Position numbers and translations under genes: made by a program
The notes under the pieces: generated by a model
Databases searched by the model: none
The model's input: the letters and a program-made list of their open reading frames with translations, nothing else
Told to the model about the DNA's origin: nothing
Source of the DNA: Lytechinus pictus
Lineage: Eukaryota
Assembly: GCF_037042905.1 (NCBI RefSeq)
Contig: NC_087252.1
Location: 23,562,001 to 23,626,000, forward strand
DNA length: 64,000 nucleotides
Direction: 5' to 3'
Shown: one piece after another, positions 40,700 to 53,540 of the stretch
How the letters are laid out: each line of letters begins with the position of its first letter
Position numbering within the stretch: position 1 is the stretch's first letter

Positions 40700-43600
40700 T
40701 CAGATCGTCACGCAAAGGTGAACATGTATACAGACTCTTTATTTATTGCTTTTAGCCTACCTCTTGCACTTGCACACACCGAGCACTATTTTGGTTACTT
40801 CTTTAACTCGCCATATGCCAAACATTGTTCTTTCATGCTTGATTCAACAGATTTACTGAATGCTGAAATTTTTTCACCCCAAAGTAAATACTATACTGCA
40901 AACGAATTCAATAATGCTTTCAACAAAACAGTTCCAAATTCTATTCCAGATTACTTTAGTTTAATGCACGTAAATATAAGAAGCTTACAGAAAATTTTTG
41001 ATACGCTTTGCGAACTTTTATCCATTCTTGATACATTTCCATTTTCTATCATTGGCCTCACAGAGACTTGGTTGCATTCAACGTCACCTCTCATTCTCAA
41101 TATCGATAACTACAAATTTCTCCACATTGATCGTGAAATTGGTAAGGGGGGTGGTGTCGCTTTCTATATTCATAATGATTTAATTTCAAATTAAGACATG
41201 ATATTGAGCTGAAAAATATAGAATCCTTATTCATAGAATAAAATAAAAATAAAATAATCGGTGTTATATATAGACCCCCAATCAGTTTAGCTGAAACATT
41301 TTAAAATGAATTGGAAGCCAGTCTTGATTCAATTTCGCGTGAAAACAAAGATATTTATATCATGGGTGACTTTAACATTGATCTATCATTTCCCTACAAT
41401 ACAATCGCTCAACATTTTACAAATCTATTATCATCTTTTGGACTTCAGCATCTTATAAATAAACCCACTAGAATTACAAACGTATCCAATACAATACTTG
41501 ATAATATTTTTTCTAACACACTTGATAATAACAATAATGGAACAATTTACTATGACATTTCAGACCATCTGCCTATTTTTGCAATGTATCCAAACGATAA
41601 ATGCCAACTCAAGGCTACTGACAAATCGAACACTATGCGAAGGAAAGAAACCCATCGTAATATTGAGTCATTGAAGGCAGATTTGGCTGAAGAATCTTGG
41701 CAAGATATTTATCTTGAACATAATGTTAATTACTCTTATGAAAGATTTTTGGACAAACTTCTTTATTATTACGAAAAAAAATGTGCCATTAATAAAAATC
41801 AAATCGAATAAAAAGAAGAGCAAACAACCTTGGATTACCCAAAGTAAAATCAAATCCATATTTACTAGAAATAGATTATATAAGATATCAATTAAATCGC
41901 CTACAACTGAAAATATAAATAAATACAAAAAATACCGCAATAAATTAACATCAGTTATACGCCAAGCTCGAAAATCCTACTTTTCTGATAAAATTGAAAA
42001 TAATAAAGATAATAATTATACATTATGGAAATCTATAAAAGAAATATTAGGTAAAAAAAGGGAAACATGTGATAACGTTAATTTCGTAGACAATGGTCAA
42101 CAAATGCAAGACCCCTTTGATGTTGCTAATGCATTTAATAATTTCTTCAATAATATTGGCCCAAAACTAGCTTCAAAAATAACATCTAATGATGATGACT
42201 TTTCTGTATATTTAAACGATTTTCCAGAACATTCCTTATTTTTTAATCCAACAAATACTAACGAGATTTTAGAAATTGTTAGGTCCATGAAACCAACTAA
42301 ATCCTGTGGGCATGATGGTATAAGTGTCTATCTTTTGAAAAAAATAATTTATTTATAGCCTCCCCGCTTTCGCATATTTTCAATCGTTCTCTTTCTTGTG
42401 GTATTTTCCCCGATCTACTGAAAATTGCAAAAATAATTCCAATATATAAAAAAGATGATCCATGTCTTATCTCAAACTATCGTCCAATTTCTTTATTACT
42501 GGGTATCTCTAAAATACTTTAGAGAATAGTTTACAAACGTATATATTCTTTTTTGAACAGCAATAATTTACTGATTCCTAATCAATATGGTTTCAGAGAT
42601 AATCATTCAACGGACCTTTCACTTTTGCAATTATGTGACAAAATTTTCGATTCTTTATCTAAAAAGGAACACACTGTTGGTGTTTTTATGGATTTGTCGA
42701 AAGCATTCGATACCATGGATCATCGCATTTTACTTTGTAAATTAATGAAATATGGAGTTAGGGGGTGGTTCTCGCTTGGTTTAAAGATTACTTAAGCAAT
42801 CGACGCCATTATGTTTGTTTTAAATCTTAATCATCTAATATTTGCACTTTGAAATGTGGAGTACCACAAGGATCTATTCTAGGTCCCTTGTTATTTTTGA
42901 TATATATAAATGATATTGTGAATGCATCTAGAAAATTAACGTTTGTTTTATTTGCAGATGATACAAATGTATTTTATTCACACAAAAACTTTAATATACA
43001 TGTTCCAACACTTAATTTAGAATTGAAGAAATTATCAATGTGGTTTAGAGCTAATAAGCTCTCTTTAAATATAAACAAAACAAATTTTATGTACTTTCAA
43101 CACATTCAAAGTAAACACAAGTTTCTCAACAACATTTTTATAGATGATATTCCCATCACGGAAAAACAAGAAACCACATTTTTTGGAGTTTTGATTGATT
43201 CAAATTTGACTTGGAACAGTCACATTCGCAATATTTGTATGTTGACATCCAGAGGGATAGGGATCTTATATAGATTGAAATATTATATCTCAAAAAAGTC
43301 ATCATTTATGCTTTACAATTAATTCATCTTATCCCACTTATCTTACTGCAACATTGTTTGGGGGTATAGTAGTAAGTCGAGAATTGAAACGATATTCCGT
43401 CTTAAAAAAAAAGCACTTCGCATCTGTACACTTTCACATTACATTGCACACACTAATCCAATATTTCACAACTTAAAGACATTGAAAATTGAGGATATTA
43501 ACACATACCAAATAGCCATATTTATGTTTAAATTTTCCACAAATACCATTCCAATTCCATTTCGCATTTTTTTATCAATAACAAAGACATACATCCTTAT

Positions 43601-44150
43601 CCAACGCGTCATTCAACATATATCCACCTAACCAACCCCAGAATCTTACTCACTCATAAAACAATTCGCCACCATGGTCCAAATATTTGGAATGCCTTGC
43701 CACATAACATCAAACAGTCCGCGTCTCTTATTTCTTTTAAAGCTTCATTGAAAAAGTTTCTTATTTCTAAGTATTCTTAAATGTATCACCTGCACTTATC
43801 CACTAGCACTCACTCGCACTTTAAAAAAAAACTTTATCTTGTCTCTTCCCATTAAATATCTAAACTTTTATGCTTTCTCTTTTGTGACATCATTTTATCG
43901 AATTGTATTTATAACCTATTACAGTTCCCATGTAGCCCTCCCTCATGGCTGCTATTGTTTCAAGCAGTTACCTGCTTATTATAGCTGGCCCCTGCATTTT
44001 TTACTCACTTTACCAGTTTACATGCTTCATTTATGTATTTTTCAGCCTTATTTATTCATATTTTCGATTGTCACACAAAAAAAATGTACTCATTTATGTC
44101 ATTGTTATTGTATCATTCTATTTTCATTTGTTGATTTATGAATAAAATGC
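40700..44150 (+). mobile_element. Decayed CR1/L2-group LINE ORF2 plus 3' UTR
   Basis: HVNIRSL, GLTETWL, GGGVAFYI, GDFNIDL, PTRIT, SDHLPIF, DLSKAFDT, GVPQGSILGPLLF and FADDT are spread over fragments with stops and frameshifts. Boundaries approximate. Confidence 0.9.
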
Positions 44151-44976
44151 AGAAACTCCTGCAAAAATAATAAAGAAAGAAAACAAATCTGATTAAGTAG
44201 GCGAAGGAAACAATTGCAATGTAATATTCTTTTGCAAATCATTCGAATAAAAAACATCCATATTTCCCACATAAATGTTTATATCAACTTAAAGCAAAAA
44301 CAAAATAAAATAAAGAAGCACATGCACTGTTCAAAATCCCTGCACCAAATTTTAGACATACTGGGCACAAATATCGCAAATAAAATGCTTCAAAATCAAG
44401 GAATGTTCTGTACAATGTCAGTCAGTAAGCCTTATTAACTGCGGCGAATGCATAAAAAGTTGCAATTAGATTTTCTAGCCTTGTACCATTTGCTTCATTT
44501 GTTTTCTTACAATGAAATACCTTTTTTGGATTTTGTTTATAGTAATATAAATAGAATGAAATAAGTGTTCTTTACAAATAGTCCACTGGTAGTTAATTTG
44601 TCTAAATTTAGGAATATTATTCAAAATATGTATTTTTTCTTCAATTATCAAATGAAATAGTTTGTTGTAGTGTTTTTTCTGCTCTGATTCACCTTGACCA
44701 TATAGAATGAAATTTCAGATCTGGATAAATGGTCTGGTATGTTAAAAAATCCACAATGGATTTCATAAATTGATTCTGGAAATGGCTGCTAACACTTAAA
44801 GCGGACATGGCTTTCGTTTTGGCCTGGGAGATGTGACTTTGATGTCTAAACCACTGCTTTCAAGGGTGAAAAAATAGATTAGGACAGGCTTTAAGGTCAG
44901 TCAGCATGGTCAGTGCTCCAGTATAACCGAAAATCCAATATGGCTTCCAAAAATTGATCCTATAATGGCTGCTGAT

Positions 44977-45856
44977 CATGGGTGTCGATCACGGGGGGGG
45001 GGGGAGATGGGGGGATATATCCCCCATCCCCCCCCCCCCCGTGATCGACACCCATGATCAGCAGCCATTATAGGTTCGTAATTCCCAAGGTTCGTTAGTC
45101 CGAAAAAGAAGTGAGGTTCGTAATTCCGAAGGTTCGTTAATTCGAAAACGAAATGAGGTTCGTAATTCTGAAGGTTCGTTAGTCCGAAAACGAAATGATT
45201 AACGAATGTTATTTCGTTTTCGGACTAACGTACCTTCGGAACAACAAACCTTATTTCCTTTTCGGATTAACGAACCTTCGGAACATCGAACCTTATTTCG
45301 TTTTCGCATTATCGAACCTTCGTAATAACGCCACAAATGTTCGGATTAACGAACCCTTTTACGTTTTCGGATTAACGAACATCGAGGTATAGGCAATTTG
45401 CGTGTTTCGGAATTACGAACCTTCGGAATAAAGAACCTTTGGAATTACGAACCTTCGGAATTACGAAGTGTAACCAATAATTTAGGATAGAAAAATTATA
45501 ATAATGATGATAAAAAATGAAAAGTTTGATCATGATGATTATAGTATGCCATCAATCAGTTTATTTTCCTCGCACTTTGTGTATATTGTTATTAAATAAA
45601 CAATTTTTGTCATTTTTTCTTTCGTATGAGTTTAGAATAGGCTTACTGGTAACACAAATTGAATTTTCAAAAAAAAATATATAAGTACAGTACACTGCAA
45701 CAATGAAGGAATTTCCAAAAACACCATGCATATCAACCACTCCAAAATGTCCTAACTTGTGATTTTAGTGGGGGTAATGTTGAAAGATCCCCATCCACAA
45801 GAACATTTGTGTCAATCACCCCCCCCCCCCACCAAGAATACCGATCGACACCCATG
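44977..45856. mobile_element. hAT-like MITE with 8-bp TSD, containing a palindromic (GGTTCGTAATTCCGAA)n element
   Basis: CTGCTGAT|CATGGGTGTCGATC...GATCGACACCCATG|CTGCTGAT. The uninterrupted host repeat is visible at ~17045-17100. Confidence 0.85.
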
Positions 45857-46494
45857 CTGCTGATGTTTAAGAGTGGCATAGCTCATTTTATATCCACCTG
45901 TGAAAAGTATGATTTCAAGGGTCAAATTATAATTTAGGACAAGTTACAATGACAGTCAGAGGTCTAGTATGTCCAAAATTCCAAGAGGGCTTCCAAAAAT
46001 GGAGCAAAAAATGTATGTCACTTATAAAAGGACATAGTTTGTTCAATATCTGTCTGGGGAATATGAGTTTGGTGTCTTAACCATGGTTTAAAGGTTCAAG
46101 TAATACACTAGGGTAAGTTACAAGAACAGTCATGGTATGTTAAAAAAATCTACGTTGACTTCCAAAAGTTGGGTGTAAATCGACTGTTGTTGCTTTAAAG
46201 CACACTCAAACAGATATTAATGTTAGAGCCTTAGCCTTAGCTGGGGATATTGTAATTTCAAATCCACAACTCAAATTGTTTTAATAGGGTCTCTCTGGAC
46301 ATAATCATCCTTTCCATTTCACTTAACTAACTACACTTTTAAACTAAGCAAGTTCATCGATCTAAGTAGAGAAAATTAATGTCCATTGCTGCTCTCCTTT
46401 AGAAATAAATACACTTGTGTTAGCAGAGAGGGGTGGCATGGGTATCATGGACAGCAACAAATTCCAAAAACACTTGAAAATTACTCAAAATCTG

Positions 46495-46960
46495 GCAATC
46501 TTCTCCCAATCCTTATCAAGTATGTTCTTAAATTCATTTACTAAAAAGGCAGTAAGTACCTCTTCTGGGAGACTTTTCCACACAACAATCACTCAGATCT
46601 GTTTGCAACAAGAAAAATGTATACGCACATCAAAACGTGAAAATCTTTTCAATGACCACTTGTTTTCCCACTATTCCTCAGACAGAAAAGCTCATAACTT
46701 GTTTCATAGTAACCATGCATACATTTGTACAGATCAGTTATGTGTCCCTTTTTTCGTCTTTGACTGAGTGACCGCAATTTCAGATGGCGAAGTATGAATG
46801 AAAGTATGTATCAAAGTGCTTAATACCTAGGATTTAGTGACTCTGCGTTGGGCACTCTCTAACCGCCTCTGCTCACCCAGCTTATACGCTGACCACGCAG
46901 CCTGACCTTACTCAACTAAGGTGTATAAACGAATAATACACTTAAACAAAAACTTGACAG
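46495..46960 (-). pseudogene. CR1-type LINE 3' relic
   Basis: Minus-strand remnants LESAQRRVTK and VWKSLPEEVLTA...EFKNILDKDW. Confidence 0.65.
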
Positions 46961-47213
46961 AGGACTCATCCATATAATATCCAACAGTCGGTTATACTCT
47001 GTAACCACTTGAGGAATGTGTTCCTTGAAGAAAAAAGTGAGTTTACTTGAACTAAATCTCTCTCACTCTCACATTCACGTAGAACAACCGATTCTGAAAC
47101 CCTTGGCAAAATGACTCTCAGAGTCAAACCTTCTTCTTCAGATCTTCAAACTGCTAATCATACAAATAAGGCCTATAGTTAGTCTTATATATGGTACTGA
47201 ACTAGGTACATTC

Positions 47214-47351
47214 CTCAACTTAATCTTACGTTTAAAAAGTGTCAAGAGGTCGATACTTTCAAGTTCCCACTCCCTGATCATGCTCAACTTAATCTTACGT
47301 TTAAAAAGTGTCAAGAGGTCGATACATTCAAGTTCCTACTCCCTGATCATG
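47214..47351. repeat. 69-bp direct tandem duplication
   Basis: ctcaacttaatcttacg...ccctgatcatg occurs twice with two mismatches. Confidence 0.9.
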
Positions 47352-47915
47352 TTTTCAATGAACTCATTAATATTTTGATAAAAAAATGGCAAGAACATAA
47401 GAATCGAAATAGCACGTGTGTTTGAATTTAAGCTAGGGGACGCAGCGCATACATGCTCACTTGTTGCGTATGATTGGAATGGAGGGAAAATGATTCCACC
47501 ATAAACAAAATTGCGCTCTTGGAGCAGTGCGCATGCGTGCGCACATATAAGAAAATGTGATATTGTAATTGCTGTGTGAAATGACGATGACACGGGTATA
47601 TGCATAAATATTCAGGGCTATGGCTAACTAAATTTGCAAACCCTAAACAATACCAGACAGATGGGGCAAGGTTATGCCGTCAGGATATGAGTCAATATGA
47701 CGTCATTGGGAGAGGTGGCTGCAAGGGCAAGTCCACACCCCCACCCACCCTTCCCTGCCAAAGTTAACCTTACTAGTCGATTATTTACCCCAAGTGTTAG
47801 TTCAACTGTTTCCCGAAGCGCACTAATTTTACTAATTATTGTTATCTGGGCCAGGTTCATTACGAATTTTTCTCATTTTTTTAAATTTTATTTTATTCTA
47901 TTTTTTTTATATTTT

Positions 47916-47946
<31 letters not shown>

Positions 47947-48232
47947 TTTTTTTTTTTTTTTTTTGGGGGGGGATATTTCTCGCAGCTCGTACAACGTATC
48001 AGAAAATATAGGTGGTAACAAGCAATATTTCTTGACTATTTCAAATAATTAAAGATCAAGTCCAACTCAGAAGAATGTTCACTTGAATCAATCAAGCATA
48101 ACGCTGTAAATTTCATCAAAGTCGGATGTAAAATAAACAAGACATTTTACAATTTTTCTTATTTATCACAAAATAGATATATGCACAATTAGTCACATGC
48201 AAATGAGAGAATCGATGATGTTTCTCACTGTA

Positions 48233-48405
48233 GGTGCCGTGGCCGAGTGGTCTAAGGTGCCTGGCTATACATGGAAATGCCGGGGTCCGATCCCAGGCCG
48301 CGGCACCTATGTCCGTGAGCAAGGCGTTTAATCTACAATGCTATTTTAACCTGCTAACATAAATGCTGTAAGCATTATTGGTAACTAGGTGTGCACTTGT
48401 TGAAA
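48233..48405 (+). mobile_element. tRNA-derived SINE (second family)
   Basis: GGTGCCG...CGGCACC stem, A box TGGCCGAGTGG, degenerate B box GGTCCGATCCC, followed by a non-tRNA body. Confidence 0.65.
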
Positions 48406-49085
48406 ATAGAGATCATTACTTCTTTTTTTTATTGTTTGAGTTAAACAATATTTAAATTCTTACACATTTTATGATAAGAACCAACTCCAATGAAACATAA
48501 AATGTTGAACAATGGGAATTCCTCATGTTAAGTAAAAAGTAAAACTTTTGTCACAGGACAATGAGGAGAGAATAAAAAAATAATATGTCATATGATAAAA
48601 TTTAAAAAAAAGTGAGTGAGTAAGGTCATCAGTTCCCTTATTTGCATACCGACCAGGATGTGCATATAACTATTTTGTTAAATCAAGCTAAACTTAAAAA
48701 TGTCATAACTTTTAAAAAGATAAAGAAAAATGCCCCATGTCTGCTTACCCATTAACTTCATACACCATTCGGGGATTTTGACAGTGGCTGAAATTTGAGG
48801 CCGTAACATGAAATGCCTAAAATTTAATAACCTTTTCCCACCATTTTGAGTCAGACCGTTCAATAATTATTTGTGTAGATATGTGTATCGCAGGTGTACA
48901 GTTGGTGTCGTTGCATGTGTTATTTAAGAATCGCGCAGATACGCGTACATGCGCAGAGAAGGGATACTGCGCAAACTCGGGAGACCTTACCTTAGATTCT
49001 ACTTCTTAACTTTGTGAAACAGATTCCATTTTCAATCCAATCATGCCATTTTTTAGTACTATTTTCTGAATTAAAAGTGGCACTA

Positions 49086-49445
49086 CACAGCAAAAACTAT
49101 GGTGTTAACCGGTGTACATAGAGGACCACACCAGTTATTTTACACCAGTGTTAAATTGGTGGTGTTAGTTTTACACCTATAGGTGTTATTGCAACACCTA
49201 TGGTTGTTACATTTACACTCTTTGGTGTTATTATGATAATAATAATAATTATAATGAGACTTGTAAAGCGCCAAATCCATTCTGTAGACTGCTCAAGGCG
49301 CATAGAGCTAAGAGTTAAATAGCAAAGTTTTTAGAAGATTAGAAGATTGTTATGTTCAATCTCAGGGTGTTATTTTAACACCTCAGGGTGTGGTCCTCTA
49401 TTAACACCAATTGGTGTCAGTTTTAACACCACAGTTTTTACAGTG
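49086..49445. mobile_element. CAC...GTG MITE with TA TSD, inserted in one copy of a local duplication (~48927-49515 vs ~50011-50238)
   Basis: TA|CACAGCAAAAACT...AGTTTTTACAGTG|TA. The empty site tggcaTTAtcc is at ~50161-50171. Confidence 0.75.
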
Positions 49446-50620
49446 TATCCTTTGAAAAGCCGATGAATTGCTATATTAATGGACTCTCCATCTTAAGTAT
49501 AAAATTTTAAAGTAAACGACAAAAAGCACAACAACAAATTCAAATAAAGACGAAAATAGAACAAAATTACCAACTGTCCATTGAATAAATGCAAATGAAG
49601 TTATAATATAGATTCAGATTGAACGCCGAAATAACAAAGGGAATGAAATATAAAACAAACGTTATGAAGATAAGTTTTTGAAATAGGTTATAGCTAGGCC
49701 TTTAGATGAAAAGAGATTTATTGTAAATAAGATGGGGGAGAGGAAAGGGGAGAATGGTCTGTGCACCAATTTCTATCTCATATCTTAAGTAATTTTCTTT
49801 CGTATCGCAAATATTCTCTACAAATCAAAGGTTTTTGTAAATTATTTTAATATAAAGGGCACTCGTGCCAGCAGATTGCACTTTGGTTATCATCTTATGA
49901 ATGTTCCCCAGTCTATTCTTGTTCAAGATTATGATGACACTAATTTTTCTTTATAAATAATTTCATCATTGACTACCTTTTGAACATAAGGTGAACGTAA
50001 GGTGAACATAAGAATCACGCAGATAGCGTCCATGCACAGAGAAGGGACACTGCGCAGACTTGGGGGACCTTACCATAGATTCTACTTCTTAACCTTGTGA
50101 ATCAGATTCCATTTTTAATCCAATCATGATTTTTTTTAGTACTATTTCCTGAATTGAAGGTGGCATTATCCATTGAAAAGCCGTTGAATTGCAATATTAA
50201 TAGACTCTCCATCTAAAGTATACAATTTTAAAGTAAACTGTAAAGTTCGATGAAAGTTACATAGATTTTGACTGAAAAATAGAAGTTTAAACTAACGGTG
50301 TGATGTCACGACGCCTATAGACGCCCAATTCCTTTGATTACACCATCTTTGAACATTTTCAATTGGGTGAATTTCAAATATCGATAGCAAAATATCAAGC
50401 GCATGAACCCATGTTATTATTTGTTTTGCACTATGTGAATATGTAAGGGCTTTAAGCAACCCTGTGCAAAATTAAAACGACGAAGATTTCATTTCAACTG
50501 TGGAACGCCCTTAACTTATTTACATTTGCAGACTTTCCATGCAAGCATCAAACACTATTTTTTTGTCAAAAAACAATAGCATGATCTATTGTTCAAAATC
50601 TTTAATTAATTACCACCAAC

Positions 50621-50696
50621 CTGAAAACGTCACAAGGAGGCAAAGGTTCACAACAGATGATATCCAGAGAGCCAGTTGTCTTTTGGAACCCGCCAT
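50621..50696 (-). CDS. Coding exon 1 (signal peptide) of Ig-Ig-TM-death-domain receptor
   Basis: Minus strand reads gaagATGGCG (strong start context), encoding MAGSKRQLALWISSVVNLCLLVTFS+G. It ends at donor CAG|GTTGGT in phase 1, matching the phase-1 acceptor of the Ig exon at 28961 and giving ...VTFSGIRG/DVPDD, a plausible cleavage site. Too short for the ORF track. Confidence 0.8.
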
Positions 50697-50760
50697 CTTC
50701 AGCTACAGCGGCATGATGTGTCATGAAGGCAGTGCACTACGAATAGGTTCCGGTCATATC

Positions 50761-50772
50761 GGGGAGTTCCCC
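50761..50772. promoter_or_regulatory. NF-kB (kB) consensus site GGGGAGTTCCCC
   Basis: Matches GGGRNWYYCC and lies 65 bp upstream of the receptor ATG. Confidence 0.6.
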
Positions 50773-50785
50773 CTGACCCGTAGAA

Positions 50786-50793
50786 TGACGTCA
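50786..50793. promoter_or_regulatory. CRE/ATF palindrome TGACGTCA
   Basis: Perfect CRE 90 bp upstream of the ATG and 13 bp from the kB site. Confidence 0.5.
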
Positions 50794-50800
50794 TACAGAT

Positions 50801-51410
50801 AAATCACTTCGTATAGAATCAATAATACACATCTGAGAACTTTTTAATCACATGAACATGAATTGGGACTATTACTGCTTCAGATAAGTCCAATAAGGTA
50901 GTATCATCTGATCATTTTAGGGTGTTATGGGGACTTTATTAGTTGCCCAAGAATATCTATCATCATTGTTGTCGCTAAATTAAAAAAAAAAACCTACTGT
51001 GCCAACATTTGCAGGCAAATTTCAATGAAAGTTCGGGTTCAGTGATTTTCAAAAGTAGTGGAATGTTCTCGATGCGAAACTCCCGCACACTAACCGATGA
51101 TAGTGACCTAGCTTTAACGTGTGTTTTCCCAATGATACAATTATTTCTGATTAGGACACATTTTCATTCTACATGTATAAATAAGGAACGACATTTTTTT
51201 CTTAAAACCAGTAAAGGGGGTGTGGAAGGACTCAATACAAATAACGATAATCATTCACTCTTGTTAGTCATTCCATATTTGGTCTCCTTGGAAGTTACTG
51301 TAATATTGTGTACACGTTTATGGAGCCCCCTCAAAAGACTTGTACACAATAGTGACTTGGAAGGAGACGAAGTATAGAAATCTGATTGATACACGTCTGA
51401 CAAAAACTAA

Positions 51411-51450
<40 letters not shown>

Positions 51451-53504
51451 AAACAAAGCGAATATGAAGACTATCGTTATTTATTATATCTGTCTATTAT
51501 TGGTCTCCTTCGAAACCACTAATATGTGTAAGTCAATATTGTCCTTTAAATAGACTAATACGCAGCAGTGGCTTGGAAGGAGACCATGTACAGACAGTTT
51601 TTGTCTCGTTCTCATTGACTGTGTGTTATAAATGGCTAGTGTTGAAATATACCTAGTGAGATTACAATAGTCATCACAAATGCAATTTATTATGCGCCAT
51701 ATCAATCTCGCTATCAATCTCATTGACGAAAGGGCCACTATTGGTCACATGTGTGACATAAATTGTAACAAATCATGACTTTAATTTGGTATAAGTCTAA
51801 ACATTTTAGAAATTTCTAACTGATTATAATGATAGTGAAGCTTACTTTCATTTTTAAATTAACATGAATTTCAAAAATAAATCAAGCTTTCAGAATAAAG
51901 TGTTGGCTGAAGTCACAGACGTGACCCCTTTCCTTTGACCTCTGACCTTGAACCTGCATATTGGAGACAACTAATAATATTTCCAAACGACGGAACATGT
52001 AAATGTTACATAACCTTTGACTGATTAAATCTATAAAAATCTTTAGATTTATAACTGATTAAAGTCATTTTTCATAATTTTGGTCACACAAGAGACCAAG
52101 AATGTGGCACAAAATATAGAGGTGAGTTTTAGCTTAATCTTAAAAGTTTCGACACACTTGCTATTACTGATCTCTCGCGGAAGGGAATAGACCGGTTTAC
52201 TAACATATTCAAATTTTATGCATACCAGATTAACAAAGGTTGCCCCTAACAACCGGAAAGCTTGCCCGAAGTTTGTCCGACGTAGCAATAATTAATGTAT
52301 GCAAAGTGAATTACAAGTATTGAAATACCATTGTGAGGTACAGGTTAATGGAATAACTCGTTACTAGGCCCCGAGGGAAGAAACATCCACAAATTTGACT
52401 ACATTAGAAAACCGGTCTATTCCATAGCAAGGGGCCCCCGCATAGATCGATGAATGCCCCCCCCCCCCGCCCCACTTTGTTCTTCATTTTGGAACTGACA
52501 GAAGACCGGATCGAGTATCTGGAGCATAGAAGCATATAGATGGTATGTAGGTGTTGATGAGAGCAGTGTTGTACTGTGGATCAGGCCCATGAACTGAGTA
52601 AAATACCAACAAAAGGATTTTCAATTTGACACGTTCACTTATGGGCAACGAATGTAAAGATTTAAAAACATTTTGGAAAATTTGTTTTAAAGGCTCACTA
52701 TACAAGCAGCACAATTCCAGAGTAAAAAAAAAAAATTGTAATGCTGTAATTAAATATCTTCTTCTTCGGTGGCCTTAAAATATTAATCAATCATGATTTT
52801 GAGACATGCTGAAATTAAAGAGATCTGATATAGCATACGTTTTGTCTCTTTGTAATTTTCAAGAACATTGTTTTGAATTGTTCATTATGCCTAAAAAATC
52901 ACTTCATATAGAATCAATGATACACATCTGAGAACTTTTTAATCACATAAACATTAATTGGGACTATTACTGCTTCAGATAAGTCCAATAAGGTAGTATC
53001 ATCTGATCCGTTTAGGGTGTTATGGGGACTTTATTTGTTGCCCAAGAATATCTATCATCACTTGCCGTGCTTGTTGTCGCTAAGTTTCAAACCCTTCATA
53101 TTTGCATGCAAATTTCAATGAAATATCAGGTTCAGTGATTTTGTAAAGAATTATTTTGTTCTCGATGCGAAACTCCCGCGCACCAATTGATGATAGTGAC
53201 CTAGATTTAACCCGTGTTTCCTCATCGATACAATGATTTCTGATTACGACACGATTTCATTCTACATGTATAGGCAGAAACAACGATTTTTTTTTCTTAA
53301 AACCAGTACAGGGGGTGTGGGGGACTCAATACAAATAATGATAATCATTCACTCTGGTTAGTCATTCCATATTTGGTCTCCTTGGAAGTTACTGTAATAT
53401 TGTGTACACGTTTATGGAGCCCCGTCAAAAGACTTGTACACAATAGTGACTTGGAAGGAGACGAAGTATAGAAATCTGATTGATACACGTCTGACAAAAA
53501 CTAA

Positions 53505-53540
<36 letters not shown>

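Noticed and set aside
48980..50130. Two GTAAGG donor-like sites (~48990 and 50073, one preceded by ATG) as alternative first exons
   Set aside because: They lie in a duplicated repeat-like segment. ATG|GT is phase 0 and incompatible with the phase-1 Ig exon, upstream frames have stops, and there is no signal peptide.
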